Shown one piece after another: positions 38,722-48,172 of a stretch of DNA of 64,000 nucleotides. The stretch comes from Nitrospinaceae bacterium (lineage in GTDB: Bacteria; Nitrospinota; Nitrospinia; Nitrospinales; VA-1), in the NCBI GenBank assembly GCA_046754465.1, contig JBHHVU010000010.1, forward strand, positions 15,067 through 79,066. The letters run 5' to 3'. The stretch's first letter is position 1. Each line of letters opens with the position of its first letter. Under the pieces are notes generated by a model. The model was given only the letters and a program-made list of their open reading frames with translations. It was not told the DNA's origin and made no database searches. The position numbers were made by a program, and so were the translations under genes.

Positions 38722-40116
38722 GTGGTGCCCATGACCCAGGAATCCCGAAATACCCTGCCACTTGGCGATTTCCAGCCCGCGGACCAATGGCAAATCCACG
38801 TCAATTCCATTTTTTACGGGACCCTTGGGCCGGCGATTCATAATCATTTCCAAACTTACGCCAGTCTGGATCACCGGTTGGCCCATTCCCTGGCAGAGGA
38901 ATATTTTGAGCAGGTGCGGGACCAGCCCCTCTCCCCCGGCCCCCGGTACATCCTGGAGTTGGGGGTGGGAAACGGAAACCTCGCGCGGTGCTTCCTTTCC
39001 CGGCTCAGGGAAATCGATTCCGGCGGTCGCGTCTACCCGCGTACGCATTATGTTCTTTGTGATTATTCCGAGGAAATCCTTAAAGGAGTGCGCTCCAATC
39101 CCCGATTGCGGGAACATGCGGGGCATTTTTCCACTATCCGTGCCGACGCCTCGGGCCTCGGCTGTTTCCGGCCCCAATCGGTTGATAAAATCATATCCAA
39201 TGAAATCTGGGACGATCTCGCCACCCGGGTTCTTTTAAAGCATCAAGGCACCCTCTACGAGGAATATCTACAGCCCCACCTGGACCCCGCCCTTATCGGC
39301 GGCGACTTTGAAACATTCAGCGGCTGCTTCGGCGGCAAAAACTATTCCGCCCTGCGGGAATATCCCCCCTTTCTTTCCCACATCCATTGGGAAAAAAGTT
39401 ATCAGCGTGTGGACATTGGAGACTGGCCTTACCCGGCGAACCTTCAAGCTCAGATCGAACGGTTCGCCGATGAGATCCCCATGCCAGTCAACATCGGCGC
39501 TTTTACGACCCTCGAGCGGGCCCGCGGGTTGTTGCGCCCTGGCGGACAGGGATACCGGGGGTTCGATTACGGGATGTTTTCCATCGACGACTTGAACCGT
39601 GAAGGACGGCCCTATTTCAACCTGTATGGTGGACAATATACCTTCATGGTGAATTTCGATCTCCTGGTCCGGGTGGGCAAGGCCGTCGGATTTGAAAATG
39701 TCGAAAAAGAATATCAGCACCATTACGTGGCTGGGAATTCGGCACGGAAAGTCACCAGCCTGGTGGAAATTCTCCAAAGCCATCCCCAGATTCCGCAAAT
39801 GGCCCCCTGGGACCGGGATCTCCTCATGGTTCAAACCCTCCACGCCCTCAACCGCGCCTACCGGAGCCCTTACAAGAACAAGATGGAATATCCCCTCCTG
39901 CCGGGCACGCCTAAAAAACAGAGAAAACAAATCGCTCAACTGGTCAAAAAACTAAGCCCCTACGGTGTTCCCGATACGGTGGCTTATGTAACCGACGGCG
40001 AAGTGTTTTCGGTGATAGGGACTCTCAAACGGCTAGGATACAGTGAAAGGGGTCTCCACCAGGTTTTCGATGGCCCCCCCGACGCCATCACCTTCGTCAC
40101 CCTGAATTTCCGGTAA
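38722..40116 (+). CDS. SAM-dependent methyltransferase, MidA/NDUFAF7-like, with C-terminal extension
   Basis: ILELGVGNGNLA SAM motif, IISNEIWDDL, FDYG, T.MVNF; start may be ATG 38731. Confidence 0.85.
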   Translation: MVPMTQESRNTLPLGDFQPADQWQIHVNSIFYGTLGPAIHNHFQTYASLDHRLAHSLAEEYFEQVRDQPLSPGPRYILELGVGNGNLARCFLSRLREIDSGGRVYPRTHYVLCDYSEEILKGVRSNPRLREHAGHFSTIRADASGLGCFRPQSVDKIISNEIWDDLATRVLLKHQGTLYEEYLQPHLDPALIGGDFETFSGCFGGKNYSALREYPPFLSHIHWEKSYQRVDIGDWPYPANLQAQIERFADEIPMPVNIGAFTTLERARGLLRPGGQGYRGFDYGMFSIDDLNREGRPYFNLYGGQYTFMVNFDLLVRVGKAVGFENVEKEYQHHYVAGNSARKVTSLVEILQSHPQIPQMAPWDRDLLMVQTLHALNRAYRSPYKNKMEYPLLPGTPKKQRKQIAQLVKKLSPYGVPDTVAYVTDGEVFSVIGTLKRLGYSERGLHQVFDGPPDAITFVTLNFR

Positions 40117-40274
40117 CCCGCCAATGGCATGAGGGGGAAGAACGGCGGTTCAATTTTGGTGCGGTTTTTTTATGATTTTTCGGGGGTGGGACGGCTTCTT
40201 TCGTGGCATTGCCGGGGGGGGGTCGTGAAAACCGGGAATTCTCCCCCCCGGTGTTTTGGATCGCCACGCCGGAT

Positions 40275-40796
40275 TCATGTCGTCAATATTTTTAACAGTG
40301 CGTCCACCATGGTCTCTATTTTTAGGAGCACCTTTGGCTCGGTCAGCTGGCCGTCTTCAAAATCGTCCGAACAGGAATAAACGATGGGATGAACCGTCAG
40401 CACGCCCGACTCAAAGGAAAGGATTTTGACCAGGTCCGACGAGGCGAGAAATGACTTGGTTCCCCCGGCGTTGCACAAGAGTCCCGCGGCCTTGTTCTCC
40501 ATGGCTCCCGCCGTGATGTCGATCAGGTTTTTGACCACTCCGGAGACCGACCAGCAGTAGACCGGCATACCAAAAATAAATCCATCAGCCGATTCCATCA
40601 GCCGATAGGCTCCCCGCATATCGGCGTTGTAATCCTGAATAGCCCTTCCATCACAAAATTGCAGGTCCAACGAGCGAAGGTCGAGAGTTTCAAAATCGGC
40701 ATTCCTTGTCCGGAGAATCCTTTCCGTCTCCGCCACCACGACGGCGGTTTTGGAGTGAGTGGAAAGGCTCCCCTGCACAATCACAATCCTGGCCAT
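40275..40796 (-). CDS. NADPH-dependent FMN reductase family protein
   Basis: GSLS..SKT, ADGFIFGMPVY.WSVSGVVKNLID. Confidence 0.9.
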   Translation of the reverse strand: MARIVIVQGSLSTHSKTAVVVAETERILRTRNADFETLDLRSLDLQFCDGRAIQDYNADMRGAYRLMESADGFIFGMPVYCWSVSGVVKNLIDITAGAMENKAAGLLCNAGGTKSFLASSDLVKILSFESGVLTVHPIVYSCSDDFEDGQLTEPKVLLKIETMVDALLKILTT

Positions 40797-40842
40797 GGTT
40801 AGAATTATCCCCGGCGGGCCTCCAGCGAATTAAACGGTTAAA

Positions 40843-40875
40843 AAAAGGCTTGCACCGGACCGGTGCAAGCCTTTT
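40843..40875 (-). terminator. Rho-independent terminator (possibly bidirectional)
   Basis: Perfect inverted repeat AAAAGGCTTGCACCGG-a-CCGGTGCAAGCCTTTT after the NHL gene. Confidence 0.85.
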
Positions 40876-40902
40876 GGATATCTTCCTGACAAACATCCAG
40901 GG

Positions 40903-42510
40903 TCAGGCCGAGGGAACCTGTTTTGGCGGCTCTTCCTCCTCTTCCGTTTCTTCACCCTCCTCTTCGGCGAACAAATCGTCCTCTTCATCCTCCTCCTCAC
41001 CGATGAGTGCGTTGGGATCATCAACTTCCATCTCGTTATCGAGCTCCTCCTCCCCCTCGCTAAAGGGAGAATTCGGAAGTTCGTCCCAAATCACCACACG
41101 GGCGTTTCCCCGGTCGGCGATATAAAGTTTGAAGGGTACTTCTTCGACCTCATCCTCATCCACATCCGGGTCTTCTTCCAGGAACAGGCCGAAGGGGTCG
41201 TTGAGGGTGGAAGCGGTGGTTTCTCCGCCCCGGTTGGAATGATTGTCCGAGAAGGTTTTTTGACCGAGGACGAGATCCGCCGGCTGGCCGTTTTCGGTGG
41301 GGACTTCCTTCCAATACAGGACGCGGTGGTTTTCCGTGTCGGAGACAAACAAGCCTGTTCTGCCGAAGACCACATCGGTCGGGAAATAGAGACCCTCGCG
41401 GCATGCGTTTTTGGCCCCATGACCGGAATTGGGCTCCCTGCTTTGAAAGTCCTTTTGTCCGATCACCACATCCGCGGGTTTGCCCGAATCGGTGGGAAGG
41501 TGATTCCAGATCAACACGCGATGATTTCCCTGGTCGACGACGAACAGATTGTCCCTTTCGGCATCGTAAAACACACCGGTGGGAAAACTGAGGGTATCGG
41601 AGCCGACATTGTCGAATTCTCCGCGATTGGGTTCCCGTTCGTCCATCCCCGATTGGCCCAGGCAAACATCGGCGTTCCAGCCGTTGTTGAAGGGAATTTT
41701 GCTCCAGATCAAAATCCTGTGGTTGTCCTTGTCGGCGATGAATACGTGCTGGTCGTCCCCCGAATGGATTCCCATGGGGAAAAACAGGGAGCCGGACCCG
41801 ACCAAGCCGCGCCGGTTGGCTTCGTTGCATTCCAGGTTGTCCTGACCCAGAACCAGGTTGGGGGCTTCGCCGTCCTCGGAAGGCAGGCCGCTCCAGCGGA
41901 TCGCCCGGTGATTGCCGCTGTCCACCACATAGAGTTTTCCATCGATGACAGCGAGTCCGGCGGGCTGGGAAAGGGTGTCCTCTTCTCCCTTACTGATGGT
42001 GAAATCCTCCAGGTTTTCGTCCCCCAGGCCGGAAGTCATCTCATCCAGCGTGGTCGTTATGCCCCGGTTTTCGAGGCAGTCGGCGAAATCTTCCTGTCCC
42101 AGCACGAGGCTGGCCGGTTCCCCGTTTTCCTCGGGGGGTTGTTCCCATACGAGAACCCGGTGGTTTCCGCGATCGGAAACAAAAACCATCTCGCCGAACC
42201 TGGTAATGTATTGGGGTTCGGCCAGCGTGTTGTCTCCCGGGTCATCCGCTCCCCGGTTGGCCTGGCACATGGAGAAATCGCCCTGGCCCATCACCAAGCA
42301 GGCGCCTTTTTCTGGCTCGGCTTCCTCCGTGGTTTCCCCCGTTTCTTCCATTTCCTCATCTTCGTCGAACTCATCCTCCTCGTCCGTTTCCTCGGATTCT
42401 ACCAGGGAAGCCGCCTCCCTATCATCCTCCGGCGGACTTTGGGTGTCTTCCACTTCGGTGGCTTCTTCCTGGTTGAGTTCTTCCTCGTTGTCTCTTTTGT
42501 CTTCAGACAT
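40903..42510 (-). CDS. NHL-repeat protein (VLGQ.DF subtype) with acidic N- and C-terminal tails
   Basis: Repeated D.GNHRVL.W...P...G.PA.LVLGQ; GGAGGT RBS before ATG 42510. Confidence 0.92.
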   Translation of the reverse strand: MSEDKRDNEEELNQEEATEVEDTQSPPEDDREAASLVESEETDEEDEFDEDEEMEETGETTEEAEPEKGACLVMGQGDFSMCQANRGADDPGDNTLAEPQYITRFGEMVFVSDRGNHRVLVWEQPPEENGEPASLVLGQEDFADCLENRGITTTLDEMTSGLGDENLEDFTISKGEEDTLSQPAGLAVIDGKLYVVDSGNHRAIRWSGLPSEDGEAPNLVLGQDNLECNEANRRGLVGSGSLFFPMGIHSGDDQHVFIADKDNHRILIWSKIPFNNGWNADVCLGQSGMDEREPNRGEFDNVGSDTLSFPTGVFYDAERDNLFVVDQGNHRVLIWNHLPTDSGKPADVVIGQKDFQSREPNSGHGAKNACREGLYFPTDVVFGRTGLFVSDTENHRVLYWKEVPTENGQPADLVLGQKTFSDNHSNRGGETTASTLNDPFGLFLEEDPDVDEDEVEEVPFKLYIADRGNARVVIWDELPNSPFSEGEEELDNEMEVDDPNALIGEEEDEEDDLFAEEEGEETEEEEEPPKQVPSA

Positions 42511-42652
42511 GAGACCCACCTCCAATGTATGTTGAAAAAAACTTCCTCAAACCCCGGTCCCTGTGGAACCGGGGAGAAGGAATGCACCGTAAATTAAACC
42601 TTCCAATGGGATTTTTTGACGGAAAACCCTATATTCGCCAACCCATGGTTTG

Positions 42653-44278
42653 TCAGGGAACATGCAGCCGCTGCCACATGGAAACCACCTTCCGGCCGTT
42701 CCTGTCCTGATAATCTCCGTTCCATATCGCGAACGCCACCAGTACGGGCCGATCATTTTGAAACTTGATGTCCCATTTGTTCAAGGACTCCAAGGTCCGG
42801 TAAAACACCACTTTCCATTTACCGTCCTTCCAAACCCCTTTTCCAAGGATATTTTGCTTGGTTTGGGGTTGCGGTGTCAAGGTTCCAAATCCTTCGGCAT
42901 TCAATTCTTCCACAGGAACATCGCGGAACGGATTCAGAGCATCCACCGGATTCACCTCCCCCCCAAAGATCATGGTGTCGAGATCCATTCCCTTGGTGGC
43001 GTATTCCAGTTTCTCCTTGGTTTCGATCTCCGTCTGCCAGTCGGCCCGCCATTGCCAGATATTGACGACTTTTCCCCGGTTGCCCATGCCGAAGAACGGT
43101 TCGTGGTGTCCATGTTTGTGAAGCAAGACGTCTCCCAGGGCGAATTCCATGGCGACGGCATCCTTGAAATCCTGATGCCGGCTGGAGGTCCGGTCCGCTG
43201 TCTTATCATCCCATTCCAGCCGGAACGCGATTCCCTCATCATTCATCACCGATTGGAAGCGGACTTGATTGATCGGATCCCTTCTGGCGCTGAGGGGAAG
43301 CGTGTGCACATTTTGGACCGGGACCTCGTCCCAGATGGTGTTTTCCGGGTTCAGGTCGATTTCGTCATCGATTTTCCGGACGGGCAAATCGATCTCATAT
43401 TCGGCTTTTTGAAGCGCGATTTGCCGGATATTGGATTGGATGTAGGCGGCAAGATTCCATCGTTCCTCATCCGAGAGGTGTTTGTAAGCCTTCATTGGGG
43501 TGCCGTCGATCCCCGTGGTGAGGGTCAAATAAATTTCTTTTTTGCCGGCACCAAATTTAATGGTATTGGGGTTGGTCAGATCATACACGAATACGCGATG
43601 GTCCCAGATATCGTAAAGGCCGTCGGCGAGGGGGCCGTTGCCCTTGAGATCGGTTCCGTGGCAACGGGCGCACCGCATTTCATCGTAAAGAATTTCTCCC
43701 TGCTTGATGGATTCCGGAGACGAGGGGGGAACCGATTTCACCACAATCGGCGGTTTGGGTTTTTCTTCCTGGAAGCGTTTGGAAAATCCCTTGATGTATT
43801 GGACGACGGACCAGGTTTCCTCTTCCTTGAGAGCACTGCCCCAGGAGGGCATGGATGTGCCGGGAATGCCCCGGGAGATGGTCAGGTAAATATCCGAGTC
43901 CAGGGGTAACGACCCGGTCGGAGTCGACCGGTGTTTGAAAACACCCTTCCGGAAATCCCGGGGCCAGGGATAAAGATAGGCCATGGCTTTCCCCCCGCCG
44001 TTTCCGTCTTGACCGTGGCAAAAAACACACATGTGCTGGTAGACGGTTCTGCCCAGAACCAGGTTGGCTTTTCCCTGGCCCGGCAACGCGCCGGAGGGAC
44101 CGGCAAGGGCGGGACGGCCCATTGGGCCGGATGCGCCGGGACCCTGGGACCCGGCATCTTGAGAATGGGCTAGCCCCCCGCCCAGGTAAAACAAAATAAA
44201 CAGAAAAACCGGTACAACGATAGATGACCTTCTATCGCACGCCAAGACTGGGAGTCGATAATGTGTACAATTGTTCAT
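42653..44278 (-). CDS. Diheme cytochrome c fused to an ethylbenzene-dehydrogenase gamma (EB_dh) domain; NxrC-like candidate
   Basis: CVFCH and CARCH; PWPRDF, GIPGTSMP, GIDGTPM; FRLEWDD, F.DAVAMEF, MG.....VNIWQWRA, AEGFGTLT, VAFAIWNG...RNGRK; start uncertain. Confidence 0.88.
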   Translation of the reverse strand: MNNCTHYRLPVLACDRRSSIVVPVFLFILFYLGGGLAHSQDAGSQGPGASGPMGRPALAGPSGALPGQGKANLVLGRTVYQHMCVFCHGQDGNGGGKAMAYLYPWPRDFRKGVFKHRSTPTGSLPLDSDIYLTISRGIPGTSMPSWGSALKEEETWSVVQYIKGFSKRFQEEKPKPPIVVKSVPPSSPESIKQGEILYDEMRCARCHGTDLKGNGPLADGLYDIWDHRVFVYDLTNPNTIKFGAGKKEIYLTLTTGIDGTPMKAYKHLSDEERWNLAAYIQSNIRQIALQKAEYEIDLPVRKIDDEIDLNPENTIWDEVPVQNVHTLPLSARRDPINQVRFQSVMNDEGIAFRLEWDDKTADRTSSRHQDFKDAVAMEFALGDVLLHKHGHHEPFFGMGNRGKVVNIWQWRADWQTEIETKEKLEYATKGMDLDTMIFGGEVNPVDALNPFRDVPVEELNAEGFGTLTPQPQTKQNILGKGVWKDGKWKVVFYRTLESLNKWDIKFQNDRPVLVAFAIWNGDYQDRNGRKVVSMWQRLHVP

Positions 44279-44732
44279 TGCCGTTCAATCCATCCTCGGA
44301 GATATCGACCCAGATATCCCTGCAGTTGCGTCGGAAATCCACTCCCAGGCAATAAAATAAGGGATGCCTGTTCGTAAAATAAATGACCGGATGAGAAAAG
44401 TATACACTCAGCCCATCGTGCTTGGCAATGGCGATGGCCTGTTCGATGCTGACTTCCTCCCTGGCGGCCTTCCTTTGAATCTTGCGGATGACCATATAGT
44501 CCAGTTCTCCGTCTAAGTCCAAATCGTAATAAGTCGAAATCAGGCCGTTGATGCTCATCACCTCCCAACCCCGGTAGGATGGATCGTTCCAGCCGGGTTC
44601 CTTGGGGATGGAGAAACTCTTTTCACCGTTTCGTGGTGAGGAGTTTTTGAGGGATTGGCCGTTTGAGGGACCCGCCACTACGGCTGCCTGGATATAACAG
44701 ATGGCAACCAAAAATAGGGTTTTTTTTCTCAT
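44232..44732 (-). CDS. Secreted hypothetical protein
   Basis: Signal-like N-terminus; YDLDLDGELDY and DISEDGLNGNE Ca-loop-like motifs. Confidence 0.75.
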   Translation of the reverse strand: MRKKTLFLVAICYIQAAVVAGPSNGQSLKNSSPRNGEKSFSIPKEPGWNDPSYRGWEVMSINGLISTYYDLDLDGELDYMVIRKIQRKAAREEVSIEQAIAIAKHDGLSVYFSHPVIYFTNRHPLFYCLGVDFRRNCRDIWVDISEDGLNGNEQLYTLSTPSLGVR

Positions 44733-44988
44733 GCAGAGGTCCTGTATAAATTTTGGCCCCCTTGAAAAATCAAGGAGGCTAAACTATCAAACTAGCATAT
44801 TTCCCCAATCCTGGAAACGTTTATATGGCCCCTTGATTTGGAGAAGTCCTCCCAGGCCGCGAAATGAAGGTCAAACACGGCGGTTTGGGAAAGAGGGCGA
44901 AAAAGGGGTCGGGCCTTTTCCGGCTTACAGCGCGGGGAGCCCATGCCGTCCATGGCGCGGAGAGGGCGCGGCTTGCTGAACCGCGCTA

Positions 44989-45369
44989 TTAAGGGGAGTG
45001 GCTTTGCAGCGCGGAGGGAACATCGGGATAGAGTTGAAATACATCATGCAGCTTGGCCATTTCGAAAACCTCCTTAGGGGCTCCCTGCAGTCCAGCCAGC
45101 AGAAACCGGCCCTTGGTTTTGCCCAGTTTCTGAAAACAATGGATAAAAACGCTGATCGTGGAGCTATCCAGATAGGTCACCTTTTCCAGGTTCACCACGA
45201 ATTCGTTGAACCCTCGTTGTATGTAGGCATGGATCAGCTTTTCCACATCGCCGGAATTGTAAATATCGAGTTGTCCCTTCAGGTCGACGACGATCATGTC
45301 ATTTTTATCCCAGCAGTCGATATCGATTTTTCCCATCAGCCCAAGAATTTCCTTGTGAATTTTCTCCAT
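44989..45369 (-). CDS. STAS domain anti-sigma factor antagonist
   Basis: GQLDIYNS, VVNLEKVTYLDSS; start chosen from GAGGA RBS spacing. Confidence 0.88.
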   Translation of the reverse strand: MEKIHKEILGLMGKIDIDCWDKNDMIVVDLKGQLDIYNSGDVEKLIHAYIQRGFNEFVVNLEKVTYLDSSTISVFIHCFQKLGKTKGRFLLAGLQGAPKEVFEMAKLHDVFQLYPDVPSALQSHSP

Positions 45370-45679
45370 GACCATTCCTCTTTCGCGGATTCCCCCAACA
45401 GGGACCAGGTTCTCTTGTTCCAGGGGGTCCGCCAATCAACGCGAACCTGTTTGCGGGAAGGGCCGGTTTTCCCCGGATCCTGTCCGGCGGCCCGTTGTTT
45501 GAAATTTACTCTGTCCAATCCCGCGCATACATATAATATTTTTGTTTTAAAGAAAAGAAAATAAATCGGGAGAGGCGCCAGGCGGAAATGGGAAAACGCT
45601 TTTAAACCGATCCTGGGGGATGACCGGGCCGCCGGAGTGCCCGCTGTTTTCCGTCCTTCTTCATGCCATGAATGGTCGA

Positions 45680-46417
45680 TCAGGGGGTCTCATAAATAGT
45701 TCTTATACTTTCCTCGCTGAGTTTTTCGGGGGGACCGTCGAAGACCAGCCGGCCCGCCTTGAGGGCCAGGATGCGTTGGGCGTATTTGCGGGCCAGTTCC
45801 GGCGAATGCAGGTTGCAAAGGATGGTGACCCCCTCTTGTTGATTGATGTTTTTGAGAATGTCCATGATGTTGCGTGCTGAGGAAGGGTCCAGGCTGGATA
45901 CCGGCTCGTCGGCCAGGATCAATTGAGGTTGCTGCATGAGGGCCCGGGCGATTCCCACCCGCTGTTGTTGGCCTCCGCTGAGGGTGCGGGCGAGTTGATG
46001 CATCTTGTTCCCCAGGTCCATATCCTCGAGTTTCCGGCGGGCGAGTTCGATTTCTGAGCGGGAAAAATAATTCACCAGTCCCGCCCAGGGCGAATGGTAA
46101 CCCAGACGCCCGGTCAGCACATTGGTCCGCACCAGGGCGCGGGGAACCAGGTTAAAGTGCTGGAAGATCATGCCGATTTTTCCACGGAAGGCTCGCAGCC
46201 GCCGGGGGCTGGCGCCGGTAATTTCCTGGTCCCGGAAATAAATATGGCCGGCGGTCGGCTCGACCAGACGGTTGATGCAGCGCAGAAGGGTTGATTTTCC
46301 CGATCCGCTCTTCCCCAGGACCGCGGCAAAGACGCCGTCCTCGAGGGTGAACGACACCTCTTCCAGGGCCGGAACCCCTCGAGGGAAAATCTTGGAAAGC
46401 TGTTCAACACGCAACAT
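45680..46417 (-). CDS. phnC: Phosphonate/phosphite ABC transporter ATP-binding protein
   Basis: GKSGSGKSTLLRCINRL, IGMIFQHFNLV, NVLTGRL, LSGGQQQRVGIARAL, ADEPVSSLDP, CNLH. Confidence 0.92.
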   Translation of the reverse strand: MLRVEQLSKIFPRGVPALEEVSFTLEDGVFAAVLGKSGSGKSTLLRCINRLVEPTAGHIYFRDQEITGASPRRLRAFRGKIGMIFQHFNLVPRALVRTNVLTGRLGYHSPWAGLVNYFSRSEIELARRKLEDMDLGNKMHQLARTLSGGQQQRVGIARALMQQPQLILADEPVSSLDPSSARNIMDILKNINQQEGVTILCNLHSPELARKYAQRILALKAGRLVFDGPPEKLSEESIRTIYETP

Positions 46418-46443
46418 GGGGTGTGGGGCTGAAAAAACTCTGG

Positions 46444-47358
46444 CTACCGCGTGGGCGGTTCCCGGTTCAGGCCAAGCAGACGGCCCGCCTCCCGGACCGG
46501 ATCGAATAAGGCATCGAGGTCCACTAATCCGCTGATGCCATAAACCCGTTTCAGGATTTTCCCGCCCTGGGGGGTTTTCGAGAGTTCTTTCAAAGCGTTT
46601 TGGATTTTCAGTTTGAGCGCCGCTGGCAGATTTTTCCGGGCGGTCACCGTATCGTTGGGAATATTCCGGGTGTAAGCGATCACCCGGATTTTATTAAAGA
46701 CGCTGGGGAAACTTCTCGCGACGGCGGCCCGGGCGTCGTCGTAGGTTGCACCGCCATCGACTTCACCTTTCAAGAGAGAAAGCACCACCGCGTTGTGGGA
46801 TCCCGCAAAGAGGGTTTTGGAAAAAAACGATTCCGGATTGTAGCCCCGGGAAATCAACAGAGTTTTGGGATAGAGGTGACCGGACGTGGAGGCGGGATCG
46901 ACGAACGCAAAGGTTTTTCCCTTTAAATCCGCCAGCGTTTTTATCCCGCTATCGGCGCGAACCATGATCTGGCCCCGGTAAAACGGGCTCCCAAACCGGA
47001 CCACGATCAAAAGCAGGTCCACCCCATACTTCTCCCGTGCCAGCACATAGCTGAACGTGGCCAGCCAGCCGATGTCCACCTTTCCCGCTCCCATGGCCTC
47101 GATCACCGCCGCGTAGCTGGTGGCTACCGAGGTTTGAAAATGCAGTCCGGTTCGGTCCTCCAGCATTCGTGCGATCTCGCGCCCTCCTTCCAGGATGACC
47201 TGGCTGTCTCCAGAAGGGACGAACATCATGCGGACCGGGTTGCCGGGGCTGCCCAGGTCACCGGCCTGGGAATGGGAAAGGGGGAGAAGGAGTGTTAACA
47301 GGAAAAACAGCGTCCGGAAAAGCCGTGAATAAACGGATTTTTGAATCCGTGAAGCCAT
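46444..47358 (-). CDS. phnD: Phosphate/phosphite/phosphonate ABC substrate-binding protein
   Basis: Signal peptide; SYAAVIEAM, FAFVDPASTSGHLYP, AGSHNAV, IPND. Confidence 0.9.
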   Translation of the reverse strand: MASRIQKSVYSRLFRTLFFLLTLLLPLSHSQAGDLGSPGNPVRMMFVPSGDSQVILEGGREIARMLEDRTGLHFQTSVATSYAAVIEAMGAGKVDIGWLATFSYVLAREKYGVDLLLIVVRFGSPFYRGQIMVRADSGIKTLADLKGKTFAFVDPASTSGHLYPKTLLISRGYNPESFFSKTLFAGSHNAVVLSLLKGEVDGGATYDDARAAVARSFPSVFNKIRVIAYTRNIPNDTVTARKNLPAALKLKIQNALKELSKTPQGGKILKRVYGISGLVDLDALFDPVREAGRLLGLNREPPTR

Positions 47359-47441
47359 TGGGGGCGGAACTCCTTGAGAACGATTCGCGGTTGTCGGCTT
47401 GCCAGGGGATTATATCACGGCTTATTCGGGGGAAATCCGGC

Positions 47442-47481
47442 AAAAAAAAGGGGCAACCCACCGAGCGGCGGATTACCCCCT
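47442..47481 (-). terminator. Terminator after cytochrome c gene
   Basis: A8 run then imperfect GGGGCAACCC...GGATTACCCC stem. Confidence 0.65.
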
Positions 47482-47499
47482 TATTAAGCGTGATGCGGT

Positions 47500-47934
47500 T
47501 TATTTCACGAAAGTGGTGCGGATGTATTTGATGACATCCCAGATTTGCTTGTCTTTCAGGGTCTTTTTGTGGGCGACCATTCCCGTTCCAGCGGAACCGT
47601 TCTTGATAACCCAGAACATTTGACCGGGGGATACCTTCTTCATGGTTGCCGCGCAGGCAAAATTCCTCGGTTTGGGTTTCAAGGCCGCGCCTAATTTTCC
47701 ACCGCCGTCCCCTTTGTCGCCATGGCACATTTTGCAAGCCATGGGTTTGGCGGTTTTGGTGTAGATTTTCTTCCCGTTGGCGGCATCGGCGGAGGCGGTT
47801 TTATCCAACTTGGCGGTACTGGCGGGAGCGGACTTGGTTTTCCTCGGCTGGGGACATTGGCCACCCGCATAGGCAGAACTCACCACAAAAAGGCTGAAAA
47901 CCGCTAACATACTGATTAAAACGAATTTTCGCAT
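47500..47934 (-). CDS. Monoheme periplasmic cytochrome c
   Basis: Signal peptide (..SAYA), CKMCH, PKPRNF, GTGMVA; AAGGAG RBS; Lys-rich. Confidence 0.92.
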   Translation of the reverse strand: MRKFVLISMLAVFSLFVVSSAYAGGQCPQPRKTKSAPASTAKLDKTASADAANGKKIYTKTAKPMACKMCHGDKGDGGGKLGAALKPKPRNFACAATMKKVSPGQMFWVIKNGSAGTGMVAHKKTLKDKQIWDVIKYIRTTFVK

Positions 47935-48172
47935 TTAATTTTCTCCTTCCTTAAGATTTCATTCAATTAAAAGAAAAAACCCTCACTCTTTGATTCGAAA
48001 CTCAAATTGTTTGGAACAAAGATTTCTTTTCCCATTTGGCTGCGGATACGAGAATCCAGAAAAAGGTCCAATGGATAACCCGGGGATAAAAAGAGACGCC
48101 CATCTCCACCCATTGGTCCGGAAATTCAGGTGAATAGGCCTAAAATGCGAAAATGAAAAAAAGGCGGTCAGC

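Noticed and set aside
23723..42510. Prophage, defence island or magnetosome island
   Set aside because: No integrase, structural, nuclease, NTPase or recognisable mam genes; composition looks like the flanks
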